Both the position numbers and the translations under genes were made by a program. Shown piece by piece: positions 16,524 to 24,868 of a stretch of DNA of 32,000 bases (positions within the stretch are counted from its first letter, which is position 1; each line of letters starts with the position of its first letter). The DNA is taken from the IMG/VR virus record IMGVR_UViG_3300013426_000021, positions 31,669 through 63,668 of that record. The stretch is one strand, 5' to 3'. The notes under the pieces are model-generated. The model had not been told where the DNA came from. It made no database searches and was given only the letters and a program-made list of their open reading frames with translations. The stretch is from a virus.

Positions 16524-16596
16524 AAATTTTGTTTTTCAATAATAAAGGGAACATTTTTGGCACCGTTTTTTCACTTTCCGAAAATTTTCTTTGAAA
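16524..16596 (-). promoter_or_regulatory. promoter-like element X (paralogue of 29577..29649)
   Basis: On the minus strand: GTGAAAAAAC-N8-AAATGTTCCCTTTATTAT, ending 34 nt before the TTG start. Y has the same 18-mer and 10-mer with identical 8-nt spacing. Confidence 0.5.
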
Positions 16597-16607
16597 AAAT
16601 TTTTATT

Positions 16608-17504
16608 TCACCACGGCAGCGTGTTCACCGCCCTCGCAAGCTGCTCGGGATGGGAGTGATCATATCGGTTTGTAACGCGCAGGGAGGAATGATTGGCGCA
16701 GTCCCTCGCCACGCCAGCGCCGTTGCGCTTTTCGACCTCGGAGATGAAGGTATGCCGCAGGCAATGGGGGCCCGTGGCAAGGCCGAGCTGTTTCTGTTTG
16801 AAGGCAAGCGCGCCATAGACCGTCTTCCGGTTCATCGGCTGGCCATGCGTGGAGAGGAAGAGCGGGCGGGAATGATCGGCCGCGTCGGGGCGGGTTTGAA
16901 GATACGCGTCGAGCACGTCGTAGAACGAATCCTTGACGTAAACATCCTCCCAGTTGCCGCCTTTGCGTTTGCAGTAGATTTTGCCGCGCTCGCCGTCGAG
17001 CACGTCGCCGATAGTCAGCGCGCACAGCTCGCTCACGCGCATGCCGGATTCCAGAATAAGCGTGCAGATGGCGCGATCGCGCAGCTTATTACGGCCGGGC
17101 ATATCGCCGAGCAGCTTGCGTGTCTGCTGGACGGTCATGTACTTTTCCTTGCGCTCCCACTTTGGGACGGCCTTCTCATTAGGGAGCTTATGCGTGGTCA
17201 GCACGCCGCTGAGATCTTCCGCCGTGGCCTGCGCAACCTTCCACGCCCAGCGGAAGAACGGGTTGAGCATGCAAACGTAATTGTTGCGCGTGGTCATCTT
17301 GCAGCGGGCGGCAAGCTGGTTATAATATTCATCCAGCACGGCGGGCGTAAGGCCGGAGAGTTCGTTTTCCCCGACCTGCACGCCATGATCCCGCTCCAGC
17401 TGCCGGAGGATGCGATTGAGAACCTCGGCGCAATGTGCCGCTGAAACATCCGAAGCGCCGCCGGCCTTATAGCTCGCGGCATAGCGTTCAACCAGCCTGT
17501 ACAT
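16608..17504 (-). CDS. int: tyrosine recombinase / phage integrase
   Basis: ESGMRVSELCALTIGDV (Arg), HCLRHTFISEV (HxxR), HSSLRVTNRYDH (His..Tyr). Start at MYRLVERY (ATG 17504, GGAGGG RBS). Confidence 0.85.
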   Translation of the reverse strand: MYRLVERYAASYKAGGASDVSAAHCAEVLNRILRQLERDHGVQVGENELSGLTPAVLDEYYNQLAARCKMTTRNNYVCMLNPFFRWAWKVAQATAEDLSGVLTTHKLPNEKAVPKWERKEKYMTVQQTRKLLGDMPGRNKLRDRAICTLILESGMRVSELCALTIGDVLDGERGKIYCKRKGGNWEDVYVKDSFYDVLDAYLQTRPDAADHSRPLFLSTHGQPMNRKTVYGALAFKQKQLGLATGPHCLRHTFISEVEKRNGAGVARDCANHSSLRVTNRYDHSHPEQLARAVNTLPW

Positions 17505-17709
17505 TTCCCTGCTCCCTCCTTCTGCGCGCGGCGACGATCTGTTTATATTCCTCAACGACCTCATTCAGCCGGGGCGTGCGCAGATAGCGCCAGTAACGCG
17601 TGCCGAACTCGTCCTTATAGGAATTCTCATAACGGATATCGTGGACGTGGATGAAGGTTTCGAGGGCGAAGTTGTTCGTTTCAAAGATTTCGGGATTCTG
17701 ATTCATCAT
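17488..17709 (-). CDS. small protein, possibly DUF5659-like / recombination directionality candidate
   Basis: AGGAGG RBS. 73 aa, immediately upstream of and overlapping int. Family assignment from memory only. Confidence 0.5.
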   Translation of the reverse strand: MMNQNPEIFETNNFALETFIHVHDIRYENSYKDEFGTRYWRYLRTPRLNEVVEEYKQIVAARRRREQGNVQAG

Positions 17710-17926
17710 AATAATTTTTTCCTCCTAATTGTTTTTCGGTTTCGGAAAGATAGAAGAGAATTGCCTGCCGGATTGCTTCCGATCGGGTAAGCCCCGCCTG
17801 CCGGCAGAGGGAATCGACGCGATGGACGATCCACGGCTCGAGCCGGAGATGAACGCGTTCGCTGCGGGGTTCCGCCCCAAGGGTTTTACGGCCGGCACCG
17901 CGCGGGTTTTTGATTTTGTCACACAT
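17681..17926 (-). CDS. ribbon-helix-helix (CopG/Arc-type) DNA-binding protein
   Basis: VHLRLEPWIVHRVDSLCRQAGLTRSEAIRQAILFYL fits beta-alpha-alpha RHH. Start moved to ATG 17926 (GAGGTG RBS) because ATG 17953 lies in the -10 box. Confidence 0.65.
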   Translation of the reverse strand: MCDKIKNPRGAGRKTLGAEPRSERVHLRLEPWIVHRVDSLCRQAGLTRSEAIRQAILFYLSETEKQLGGKNYYDESESRNL

Positions 17927-17953
17927 AATTAAACACCTCGTTTCTGTGACCAT

Positions 17954-17982
17954 ATGATACCCGACGCGGAAGGAATTGTCAA
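17954..17982 (-). promoter_or_regulatory. sigma-A promoter of the RHH-int operon
   Basis: On the minus strand: TTGACA (17982-17977), 17-nt spacer, TATCAT (17959-17954). Confidence 0.6.
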
Positions 17983-18016
17983 GAGGGAATGCGAACGAAC
18001 GTTCTTATTTATTTAA

Positions 18017-18039
18017 CGCCGCGTCAAAAATTCGCGGCG
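18017..18039 (-). terminator. candidate terminator after the GP88-like gene
   Basis: CGCCGCG/CGCGGCG 7-bp stem followed on the minus strand by an A/T-rich tract (TTAAATAAATAA). The T-run is imperfect. Confidence 0.4.
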
Positions 18040-18066
18040 AGGACGGGCTATTTTTGACAGTTTTGC

Positions 18067-18681
18067 TTAGTGTTTATGGAAGACGACGGACTGGCCGCCG
18101 GCAAGATCCCAGCATTTGGCGCAGGCGGAACAATTGCCGCTGCAGGACATGGCGTCAGCGGGAACACGGGTTTCGCGCCCATCCTGCATAAAGGCGACGG
18201 GATAATAACCCAGCAATGCACTAGGCATTTCGACGCCCGGCCACGCGCTGAGCACGAGACGGAAATTTTCGGGGAGGGTTTCGCGATCGATTGCGGCGAA
18301 GAGGTCGTACCGCTTAGTGAAGGCGAGAAACTTGGTGCCGGGATGAGAACGGATAACGCGCAACCACATATCGAGATATTCGCGGGAGAAGAAATCGCCG
18401 GAGACATGAATACGGAACATGCGCGGGGCGTTAGGGGAATCAAAATACCAGGCGAGATAGGATTCAAGGGCGGGGAGATCCTCTTGAGCGAGGGAGAAGT
18501 TTTCCGCATAAGCGTTGCGGACGCTGGGGCGGAGGCGTTCCAGCTTGCGGGCATAGCAGCCTTCACAGAAGCAGGTTTTGCAGGCGGAAGAGGAACAGGA
18601 CGCGCCGGAAGGCAAAGAAAAAGACGGGATCGCTCCCATCTTCGTGTTGCCGGCGCTGATATGCACGGGAAGTTTATTCAT
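18067..18681 (-). CDS. Cys-rich protein, GP88-like (function unknown)
   Basis: FSLPSGASCSSSACKTCFCEGCYARK near the N-terminus and CSGNCSACAKCW near the C-terminus. Family name from memory, low certainty. Confidence 0.45.
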   Translation of the reverse strand: MNKLPVHISAGNTKMGAIPSFSLPSGASCSSSACKTCFCEGCYARKLERLRPSVRNAYAENFSLAQEDLPALESYLAWYFDSPNAPRMFRIHVSGDFFSREYLDMWLRVIRSHPGTKFLAFTKRYDLFAAIDRETLPENFRLVLSAWPGVEMPSALLGYYPVAFMQDGRETRVPADAMSCSGNCSACAKCWDLAGGQSVVFHKH

Positions 18682-18764
18682 TTGTCAGGACTCCTTATGG
18701 GTTGAAATAAGGGAAGAGGGAACCTCCTTTCTTTTTGAACTGAGGGCAAGCCCCGGAGGGGCTG

Positions 18765-19670
18765 TCAGGAGAACATATGCGACGAAACGATGTCAGAAAG
18801 AACGGAAACAGCAAGATCATAGGGAACAGGTGTAAAAAGAAGTGGTATGGTTATTTTTTCGTAATCTTCACGATAAGCCGCGTTTGCGATAATTTCCTTT
18901 ATGACAGAGATAGCGCTTCCTCGAACGGCGGCGGAGGGGCATACAGTGTGCGGCGCACGTTCCATTCTTACCTGTTCTACAAGCGTGTAAAACGTATCGT
19001 CAAACCGTATGAGCGGTAAAATCTTATAAAGATCATAAAGATGCCGGGAATGCTCGGCTACCCGGCCGGTAAGATAGTAATCACACAGAGCGAATGTCTT
19101 ATCGACAAAGGTTCTTTCTATCGCCTGTACCTTCACTGGAAATGAACCCGCCCCATGCTGACAGACGATGTTCTCAAAACCGTTTCCCAGCAAATAATCG
19201 CTGACAAAACTGGAAACCGGCTTTGTCTCACACGGAAAAGAACGCATGGAAACCATCGTTTCCACCATGAGCCTGCGGCGAAGAAAATCATCTTCAATAA
19301 CAGAAGAATAATCTGCAAGGTAACGATTAAAATCTCTGCGGCTGCGGGTTTCTCCAAGATTAGTGGGAATGGCACTGATTTTCGCAAAGGCAGACACAAT
19401 ATTACGTTTCAACTGTTTCCGTTGGCCCTCCGAGAGGCGGGCATCGCAATCGATATTCAAGTCGATATCCTCTGAAAAACGATCGATTACATGATAGCAT
19501 TTGGAGAGCGAGGTGCCACCCTTAAACACAGCGTTAGGCTGCGACAGAAAAAACGCACGCAGGTATTCCGTCACATAGTAATCCTTTTCAATAATGCTGG
19601 GCAGAATCGCTTTCGCTTCGGCTGTTCGAAGCACCAGCTGCGCAAAGAACTCTCTATCCTCATGTAGCAT
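18765..19670 (-). CDS. abiEii: AbiEii/DUF1814 nucleotidyltransferase toxin (type IV TA / abortive infection)
   Basis: FKGGTSLSKCYHVIDRFSEDIDL is the hallmark AbiEii NTase motif. 301 aa. Overlaps the upstream abiEi by 11 nt. Confidence 0.85.
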   Translation of the reverse strand: MLHEDREFFAQLVLRTAEAKAILPSIIEKDYYVTEYLRAFFLSQPNAVFKGGTSLSKCYHVIDRFSEDIDLNIDCDARLSEGQRKQLKRNIVSAFAKISAIPTNLGETRSRRDFNRYLADYSSVIEDDFLRRRLMVETMVSMRSFPCETKPVSSFVSDYLLGNGFENIVCQHGAGSFPVKVQAIERTFVDKTFALCDYYLTGRVAEHSRHLYDLYKILPLIRFDDTFYTLVEQVRMERAPHTVCPSAAVRGSAISVIKEIIANAAYREDYEKITIPLLFTPVPYDLAVSVLSDIVSSHMFS

Positions 19671-20280
19671 CGTAAATCACCCCGCTTTCAACAAGAGTTC
19701 GAATCGGCTTATCGGGGAAAAAGCCGCAAAGCTGAGATATATTTTCCTTTGTAACACCGTTTGCTTTTATAAATTTGCGCAGCGCATCCCGACGTTCTTG
19801 CGATAATGCGTTGGGCGGCAAAGCATCCAGCACCTCAAAGAGCATCATCGTCGAAACATTTTTCGAAGTGACGCGCGCCGGAGGCCGTTTCAGCACAACT
19901 TGCTGCCCACCGACGGAAACAATTCTGGAACGGGAAGAAACGGCGTTTGTAAAGATTTCAACGCCATTTGGCATCTGTGTCGAGAGCCCTAAGTTATTTA
20001 TGAGCGTCGCGCCGGCGTAAAATCCGATTACCGCTCCATTCCGTTTGATATATTTTCTTTCGATGACATCGCGCGGATTCAGAACGCTGGGGCCGAAAAT
20101 CGTCTCGGAGGGGATGTAATACACCCCTTTTTGGAAACGTTTTAGTTTCCCGCACTTGCAAAGAGCAGCAAGCTGGCTACTGACCCATGGACGGGAATAA
20201 TTTTCAAATGATACGTCATCGAAAAAAATTGGAACGTTCTTCCCGTATTTCTTCAAAAGATAATCATAAAACGCTTCCAT
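19660..20280 (-). CDS. abiEi: AbiEi-type antitoxin/transcriptional regulator
   Basis: 206 aa, directly upstream of abiEii. N-terminal wHTH-like region (LAALCKCGKLKRFQKGVYYIP). Own consensus promoter. Confidence 0.75.
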   Translation of the reverse strand: MEAFYDYLLKKYGKNVPIFFDDVSFENYSRPWVSSQLAALCKCGKLKRFQKGVYYIPSETIFGPSVLNPRDVIERKYIKRNGAVIGFYAGATLINNLGLSTQMPNGVEIFTNAVSSRSRIVSVGGQQVVLKRPPARVTSKNVSTMMLFEVLDALPPNALSQERRDALRKFIKANGVTKENISQLCGFFPDKPIRTLVESGVIYDAT

Positions 20281-20312
20281 GCAGATCCTCCTTCCGCTTG
20301 GTTTCCTTAAAA

Positions 20313-20341
20313 ATTATAATACATTTTCTGCGGAGCGTCAA
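20313..20341 (-). promoter_or_regulatory. near-consensus sigma-A promoter of abiE
   Basis: On the minus strand: TTGACG (20341-20336), 17-nt spacer, TATAAT (20318-20313), about 30 nt before the GGAGG RBS. Confidence 0.65.
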
Positions 20342-20352
20342 CTTTATTATAA

Positions 20353-20622
20353 TTACTTCATTTTATTCAGAATATTCTCGTCCGGCGCGTGTTCCATCAT
20401 AATCATGGCGTACATGGTGCCGTCCGGCTTGCGGAAGGCGGTAATGGTATCGGGCGGGAGGATATCTTTCAGCTCTGAATTCCCGCTGGCGGGAAGGGCT
20501 TTGCCGTCGCTGTCCTCGTTGTCATAGAGGAGCTTGAGGCGGGAGGCGATGGCCATGGGGTCAGTATCCCAGCAGAGAAGTTTGTTGCGGTTGCCGGTTG
20601 CGCGAATGAGATAATAATACAT
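20353..20622 (-). CDS. hypothetical 89-aa protein, third gene of the ATPase operon
   Basis: GAAGGAG RBS, 15 nt after the upstream stop. No recognisable motif. Confidence 0.55.
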   Translation of the reverse strand: MYYYLIRATGNRNKLLCWDTDPMAIASRLKLLYDNEDSDGKALPASGNSELKDILPPDTITAFRKPDGTMYAMIMMEHAPDENILNKMK

Positions 20623-20637
20623 GGGGCGCTCCTTCTG

Positions 20638-21156
20638 TTAAGTTGAAGTTGATTTTTCGCGGCAGATCATGCCGTATTCTTTTGCGAAGTTTTCATTCAT
20701 GACCGCCACGTCGATATTCCACATCGCGGTGGTTTTATATAGGCACCGTTTTAACTCGTTCTGTATCGGCGCAAGCCATTCCGGACGATGATTGGGGATA
20801 ATGAGTATAAATTTCATCGGCAAGGTTTTTATATCGGCATGCCGGATAGCACCGCCAAGGCACGGTTCAGCGCGCCTCTCCGTATAAACTGCCAGGAAAA
20901 GCTGAAGCGAATCGCAGAACTTCGAGACGACTTTCGTTATCCATGTCTCAAATTGTCCCGGACTTCCATTCTGCCTTGGAGAAGAGGACTTCACTTCGAC
21001 AAAGCAGAGCTGATTTTTCCGGTTCATAAAAATAAATTCAACGGTTGAAAAATTTTTGCCGAGACGATTATATGAACCGGATTTCTCGATATAATAAAAG
21101 CGTGCTTCGTCGAACGGACTGAACGTGATGCCAGACTCACGAACTGACAGACTCAT
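20638..21156 (-). CDS. small PD-(D/E)xK-like (restriction-endonuclease fold) candidate effector
   Basis: 172 aa. STVEFIFMNRKNQLCFVEVKSSSP fits the acidic residue ... hhhExK pattern. Translationally coupled (6-nt gap) to the ATPase. Confidence 0.5.
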   Translation of the reverse strand: MSLSVRESGITFSPFDEARFYYIEKSGSYNRLGKNFSTVEFIFMNRKNQLCFVEVKSSSPRQNGSPGQFETWITKVVSKFCDSLQLFLAVYTERRAEPCLGGAIRHADIKTLPMKFILIIPNHRPEWLAPIQNELKRCLYKTTAMWNIDVAVMNENFAKEYGMICREKSTST

Positions 21157-21162
21157 AGGCGC

Positions 21163-22173
21163 TCAACCCATCGCTTTCCTGATTTCATCTTCGTACATTT
21201 GCCGGAAGGTTTCAGAAATTGCATTATGCTGGAGCGCGGCAAGAGACTTCTGCGTTTCGCAAACCACTTCCGAATCTTCCCAATAAAGCGAATGGTAAAG
21301 GATTTCGTCCTCTGCCTTGCGTTTGATTTCGAGATAATTCGTCAGGAAATAGTCGTGCGTAGAAACGAATACCTGTACCCCGTCGCGCTGCAGAGCAAGC
21401 AGCATTTCTGCGACGACGGGAATGTACCTTGGATTCAGATTCGCTTCGGGCTCATCCCAGAAAAGCACGGCTCCGTTTTCCAGCGTGCCGTTCTTTATCA
21501 GCTGCCACAGGAGAGCAAGTTTTCGAATGCCTTCCGCGACCAGACTGAACTCGATTTTTGCCTGATTGCCCGGACGGAGATAAAACCGATCCTCTTCAAG
21601 CAAAACCTTGCCCTTGGTCGCCTGATAAAGAATATCGAGATACTTCTTTCTGCTCTCCGGATCACGGCCGGTATTGATGTCAATCTTAGCCGCGCTTACC
21701 ACGTCGACATAGGTTTCATCAAACTCTACGTTGCCGACATGAACAGCAGCTTCAAAATGCCAGCCGTTGGAGAGAATTTCCTTCGCGGGAATAAAAGTAC
21801 TGTTCAGTTCTGGGAACTGACGCTCCCACCTTTCTTCGCCGCGCACATCCGCATCCCATTTTTTGGTTTGGGAAGTAATATTCATCGAGAGCTTCGCAGC
21901 GTCCGAGAAGATGCTGACAGACCCCGTCTTGATGTTTTTCTTGCGGCTGATTAAGCGGTGGATGCAGGCACCGTCGGGCATAAAGACCTTTACGACTTTC
22001 TGCGCGAAAGAAACATCATGCCTCACCGCTCTGCAGGCGCTATACAGCAACTTCATGATATGCGTTTTCCCAACGCCGTTTTCGCCGATAAAAACGTTTA
22101 TCCCCTTGGAAAGCGGCAAATCAAGAGAACTGAAGACCGTGATATTATTTAACTGAATTTTGGTAATCGCCAA
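21163..22173 (-). CDS. ABC/SMC-like AAA_15/21-type ATPase (defence-system-type)
   Basis: Walker A GENGVGKT, signature-like SLVAEGIRKL, Walker B VLFWDEPEANLNP, H-loop VSTHD. N-terminal ITKIQLNNITVFS is typical of this family. Confidence 0.8.
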   Translation of the reverse strand: MAITKIQLNNITVFSSLDLPLSKGINVFIGENGVGKTHIMKLLYSACRAVRHDVSFAQKVVKVFMPDGACIHRLISRKKNIKTGSVSIFSDAAKLSMNITSQTKKWDADVRGEERWERQFPELNSTFIPAKEILSNGWHFEAAVHVGNVEFDETYVDVVSAAKIDINTGRDPESRKKYLDILYQATKGKVLLEEDRFYLRPGNQAKIEFSLVAEGIRKLALLWQLIKNGTLENGAVLFWDEPEANLNPRYIPVVAEMLLALQRDGVQVFVSTHDYFLTNYLEIKRKAEDEILYHSLYWEDSEVVCETQKSLAALQHNAISETFRQMYEDEIRKAMG

Positions 22174-22286
22174 TGTGCGTTACTCCCTTCCGGCGGCCTG
22201 CAAAGCGCCCATTGTGTTTGCTCCGTTACCAAACGCGGCGGAAGGCAAACCTGTTGTATTTATCATAGCATATGTCGGGGCAAACA

Positions 22287-22613
22287 TCAATATGAGCCGC
22301 TGCGGCGGCAATCAGGTTTTAGCCGTTCCTCCAATTCCTTCAGTCGTTTTTCAAGAGCGATTCGTTTCTCAATTTCCAGCTCCATACAGCGTTCATGGTA
22401 TTCATACGGAACGAAGCCGGCGCGGACGGAGGCCCTGTAATGCGCGCCGAGCGCAGTTTCATCCGGCGGGGAATCCCAGCCGCAATAGTTGCAGTGATAG
22501 CAATAACCGCTCCGACCATATTCGGAATAGCCCAGCGGACGCAGGGACATCGCTTCGCCGCAGCCGGGGCAGAGGATTTTTCGGGTTCCATTCAGCTGGT
22601 CACCTCCTTTCAA
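22287..22613 (-). CDS. zinc-ribbon protein with C-terminal coiled coil
   Basis: CPGCGE...CYHCNYCGW, then EIEKRIALEKRLKELEERL. Start uncertain: TTG 22613, or a rare CTG after the AAAGGAGGTG RBS. Confidence 0.55.
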   Translation of the reverse strand: MKGGDQLNGTRKILCPGCGEAMSLRPLGYSEYGRSGYCYHCNYCGWDSPPDETALGAHYRASVRAGFVPYEYHERCMELEIEKRIALEKRLKELEERLKPDCRRSGSY

Positions 22614-22826
22614 TCAGCCGATGATCAGATCTTCATTAGCGCGGGCAAGATATTCTTCAAGGAATTCCTCGTTGGAGCAGGGAGCGACGGCGGCGTGCGT
22701 ACGTTCGCGGGTTTCGTCGTCCATCGCCGCGACGACAGCGCCCCAGAGGTTCTGCCTGGCAATTTCGAGGAATGCTTCGCAGACAGACAGGAAAGTGTGA
22801 CCGTTATCCAAGCTGATTTGTTTCAT
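22614..22826 (-). CDS. hypothetical 70-aa protein
   Basis: Start at MKQISLDNG (ATG 22826, AAGGAGG RBS, ATGA overlap with the upstream stop). Confidence 0.55.
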   Translation of the reverse strand: MKQISLDNGHTFLSVCEAFLEIARQNLWGAVVAAMDDETRERTHAAVAPCSNEEFLEEYLARANEDLIIG

Positions 22827-23185
22827 TTTTCCTCCTTCGGCGGTTCGGGCATAGGCATCCAGTGGGTGACATAGCCGGCATAACGCCGCCAAACTCCGTC
22901 GATAGTCCAATCTTGCGCTACGATGCAGCCAAACCCATCGATATCTGCCGCGACAAGACAAGCGTCAGAACAAGTAAAACCAATGCCGGGCGTGGGGCCA
23001 TAATGTTTTTCGGGCGGCAGCCTGTCCTTGACGCTGATCCAGCTCCGCGCGTCCTGCTCAAGCATATCGGCGGCAAATTCGAGCACCTCTTCGACAAAAG
23101 CGTCCTCTACATCTCGCCCGTCAAACTGGTGGATAAACTGCCGCAACAACCTTATAACCTTTTCACGCGTCATTTGCATGTTCAT
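22823..23185 (-). CDS. DUF551-like phage protein
   Basis: WISVKDRLPPEK...YVTHWMPMPEPPKE matches the DUF551 signature as I recall it. Confidence 0.6.
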   Translation of the reverse strand: MNMQMTREKVIRLLRQFIHQFDGRDVEDAFVEEVLEFAADMLEQDARSWISVKDRLPPEKHYGPTPGIGFTCSDACLVAADIDGFGCIVAQDWTIDGVWRRYAGYVTHWMPMPEPPKEEK

Positions 23186-23471
23186 CGCGCAGCCCCTTTA
23201 CCATATCCTTCACGGCTTTGGTGTTCCGCAGCTTTTCGGCCAGCAACGACGCGGTCGCCGCCACAATTTCCGCCTTATGGTCTTCAAGGAATTTCTCAGT
23301 GCTATGTTCGACGAGGACTGTCAGCGCGGATTTCGGATTACGGTAGCGGTAATACTCGGCGCAGAGCGCATCCTCAATTTGACCGTAAAGCTTATCCCGG
23401 AGCGCGTTGACCACGCTCTTTTGAACAGCCTCATCCTCAAGAACAACGCCGACGGTTACAAGATGTTCCAT
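23163..23471 (-). CDS. hypothetical protein
   Basis: Start at MEHLVTV (TAATG overlap with the upstream stop). Helical composition. Confidence 0.5.
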   Translation of the reverse strand: MEHLVTVGVVLEDEAVQKSVVNALRDKLYGQIEDALCAEYYRYRNPKSALTVLVEHSTEKFLEDHKAEIVAATASLLAEKLRNTKAVKDMVKGLRDEHANDA

Positions 23472-24616
23472 TACGCGCACACCTCCTCGTTATTCTGTTC
23501 GATTCTGGGAAGGATTCCCTTCTGCTTCAGCAGGTCGTAGAGGAAGAGCCGGCCTTTCTGCGTCCAGTAGGTGTGGACGTTGCAGGCCCCGTCGTCGTTG
23601 AGATAGGTCTTGGTCTGCGTATATCCCTCCGGGGCGTACTTCTGATACAGCAGCCACACGCCGCCGCTCTTATACTGCACGCCAAGTTCGCGCAGCTTCT
23701 GGTTCATTGCCTGCGCGGAGAACCCGTAGTCCTTGGCAATCTGCACGATGGGCATGACGGACTGATTTTGCAGGATGAGATCATAGTAGCTGACCTTGGG
23801 CTGCATTTCCGCGATCTGCTGGGACTGGACGGCGTTCTGCGTGGCCAGCTGAGCGGCGCGGGCGCGTTCCTCTTTGAGATCCTGCAGAACCTTAATGAAC
23901 AGATCAGGGTTGGCGAGCAGCTCATCGGCGGCGTAAAGGCCATGCTTGCGGACGGAGGGGATAACCTCATGGGTGATCCAGCGCCGGAAGGCTTTGGCCT
24001 CAGGTTTGTTCGATTCGATAATCAAAGAGTAAAGCCCGGATTCATTAACGCACCACGCGAAAAGGGTATTATTTGCGGTGCGTATTCCTCTGAACACCCT
24101 TTTGTCTTCATCATCAATTCGTTCCATTGCCTGCGACGTGTCAGAAAGCGAAAGGATTCTGCAAGCATCCGCCGCTACAAACCATGGGTCATTGTTTTCA
24201 TCTCGGTGGACGCGAACAGAACCGAACTCTGCACTATTGTAAACCGACAGTTCAGACGAAGCGCAAACCGTTTCCTGCTGATAGATATCGTCAAGGCTCC
24301 ACCGTAGACCAAGCGCCGGGAAAACAGAAGTAGAAATCCAATTCTTGAAGCGTTTTGCAATTTCTTTTCGGCTGCCACAAACGATAACAATCAGCCCGTT
24401 TTTGTTGACAAAGTTGAGCGTCTGCTTTCCACCGGATGTTTCAATTTCATACTTCCGTTTTTCTTCATCATCAAGACGGTTGATAACGCTGGAAACATTA
24501 CCCAGACCAATACACCTACACACATCGGCGGCCACAAACCATGGTTCGCCGTTCTGCAGTACCGTTCTCACGTCCCCGAACTGTTCGTTCTTAAAAAGCT
24601 GAATCTGATTTTCCAT
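23471..24616 (-). CDS. antirepressor-type protein with two tandem Bro-N domains and a KilAC/ANT C-terminal domain
   Basis: Bro-N motifs QLFKNEQFGDVRTV...WFVAADVCRCIGL and AEFGSVRVHRD..WFVAADACRILSL. KAFRRWITHEVIPSVRKHG. C-terminal IAKDYGFSAQAMNQKLRELGV. Confidence 0.8.
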   Translation of the reverse strand: MENQIQLFKNEQFGDVRTVLQNGEPWFVAADVCRCIGLGNVSSVINRLDDEEKRKYEIETSGGKQTLNFVNKNGLIVIVCGSRKEIAKRFKNWISTSVFPALGLRWSLDDIYQQETVCASSELSVYNSAEFGSVRVHRDENNDPWFVAADACRILSLSDTSQAMERIDDEDKRVFRGIRTANNTLFAWCVNESGLYSLIIESNKPEAKAFRRWITHEVIPSVRKHGLYAADELLANPDLFIKVLQDLKEERARAAQLATQNAVQSQQIAEMQPKVSYYDLILQNQSVMPIVQIAKDYGFSAQAMNQKLRELGVQYKSGGVWLLYQKYAPEGYTQTKTYLNDDGACNVHTYWTQKGRLFLYDLLKQKGILPRIEQNNEEVCA

Positions 24617-24665
24617 CTTGAACTCCTTTCAGTTTCTGATCTGTGGTAGTAGAGAAGCCTGTCAC

Positions 24666-24788
24666 GTTTCACGGCACCCTTTTCGCCGTCGACCGTGAAA
24701 CCCGACACGCATAGAGTTAAGCAAAATTGAACCGGGTTTGTCAAATGGGCGGGCAGGATGATTATTACCACATAATTGTTAAAACAAT
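24666..24788 (-). promoter_or_regulatory. regulatory region: candidate promoter plus inverted repeats
   Basis: On the minus strand: TTGACA (24744-24739), 18-nt spacer, weak TTAACT. IR GTTTCACGG/CCGTGAAAC (24666-24674 / 24693-24701) lies in the leader. Palindrome ATTGTTaaAACAAT (24775-24788) lies upstream. Confidence 0.4.
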
Positions 24789-24868
24789 CACATTTAAGCA
24801 AAAAACTTAAGTGAACGAATGGTAATGGTCTTGAGTAGAGTAGGATATATACTTCGTATATAGCGGAC

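Noticed and set aside
16524-16596. X and Y repeats as attL/attR of a 13-kb integrated element
   Set aside because: Similarity extends with substitutions on both sides of the 18-nt identical core, and both copies sit at the same distance upstream of a start codon. That fits duplicated promoters rather than recombination cores, which would share only the crossover segment.
17299-17326. Antisense promoter-like TTGCAG-16-TATAAT inside the integrase gene
   Set aside because: It is an isolated match inside coding DNA, with no downstream RBS-ORF or terminator. I treat it as a chance occurrence pending TSS data.
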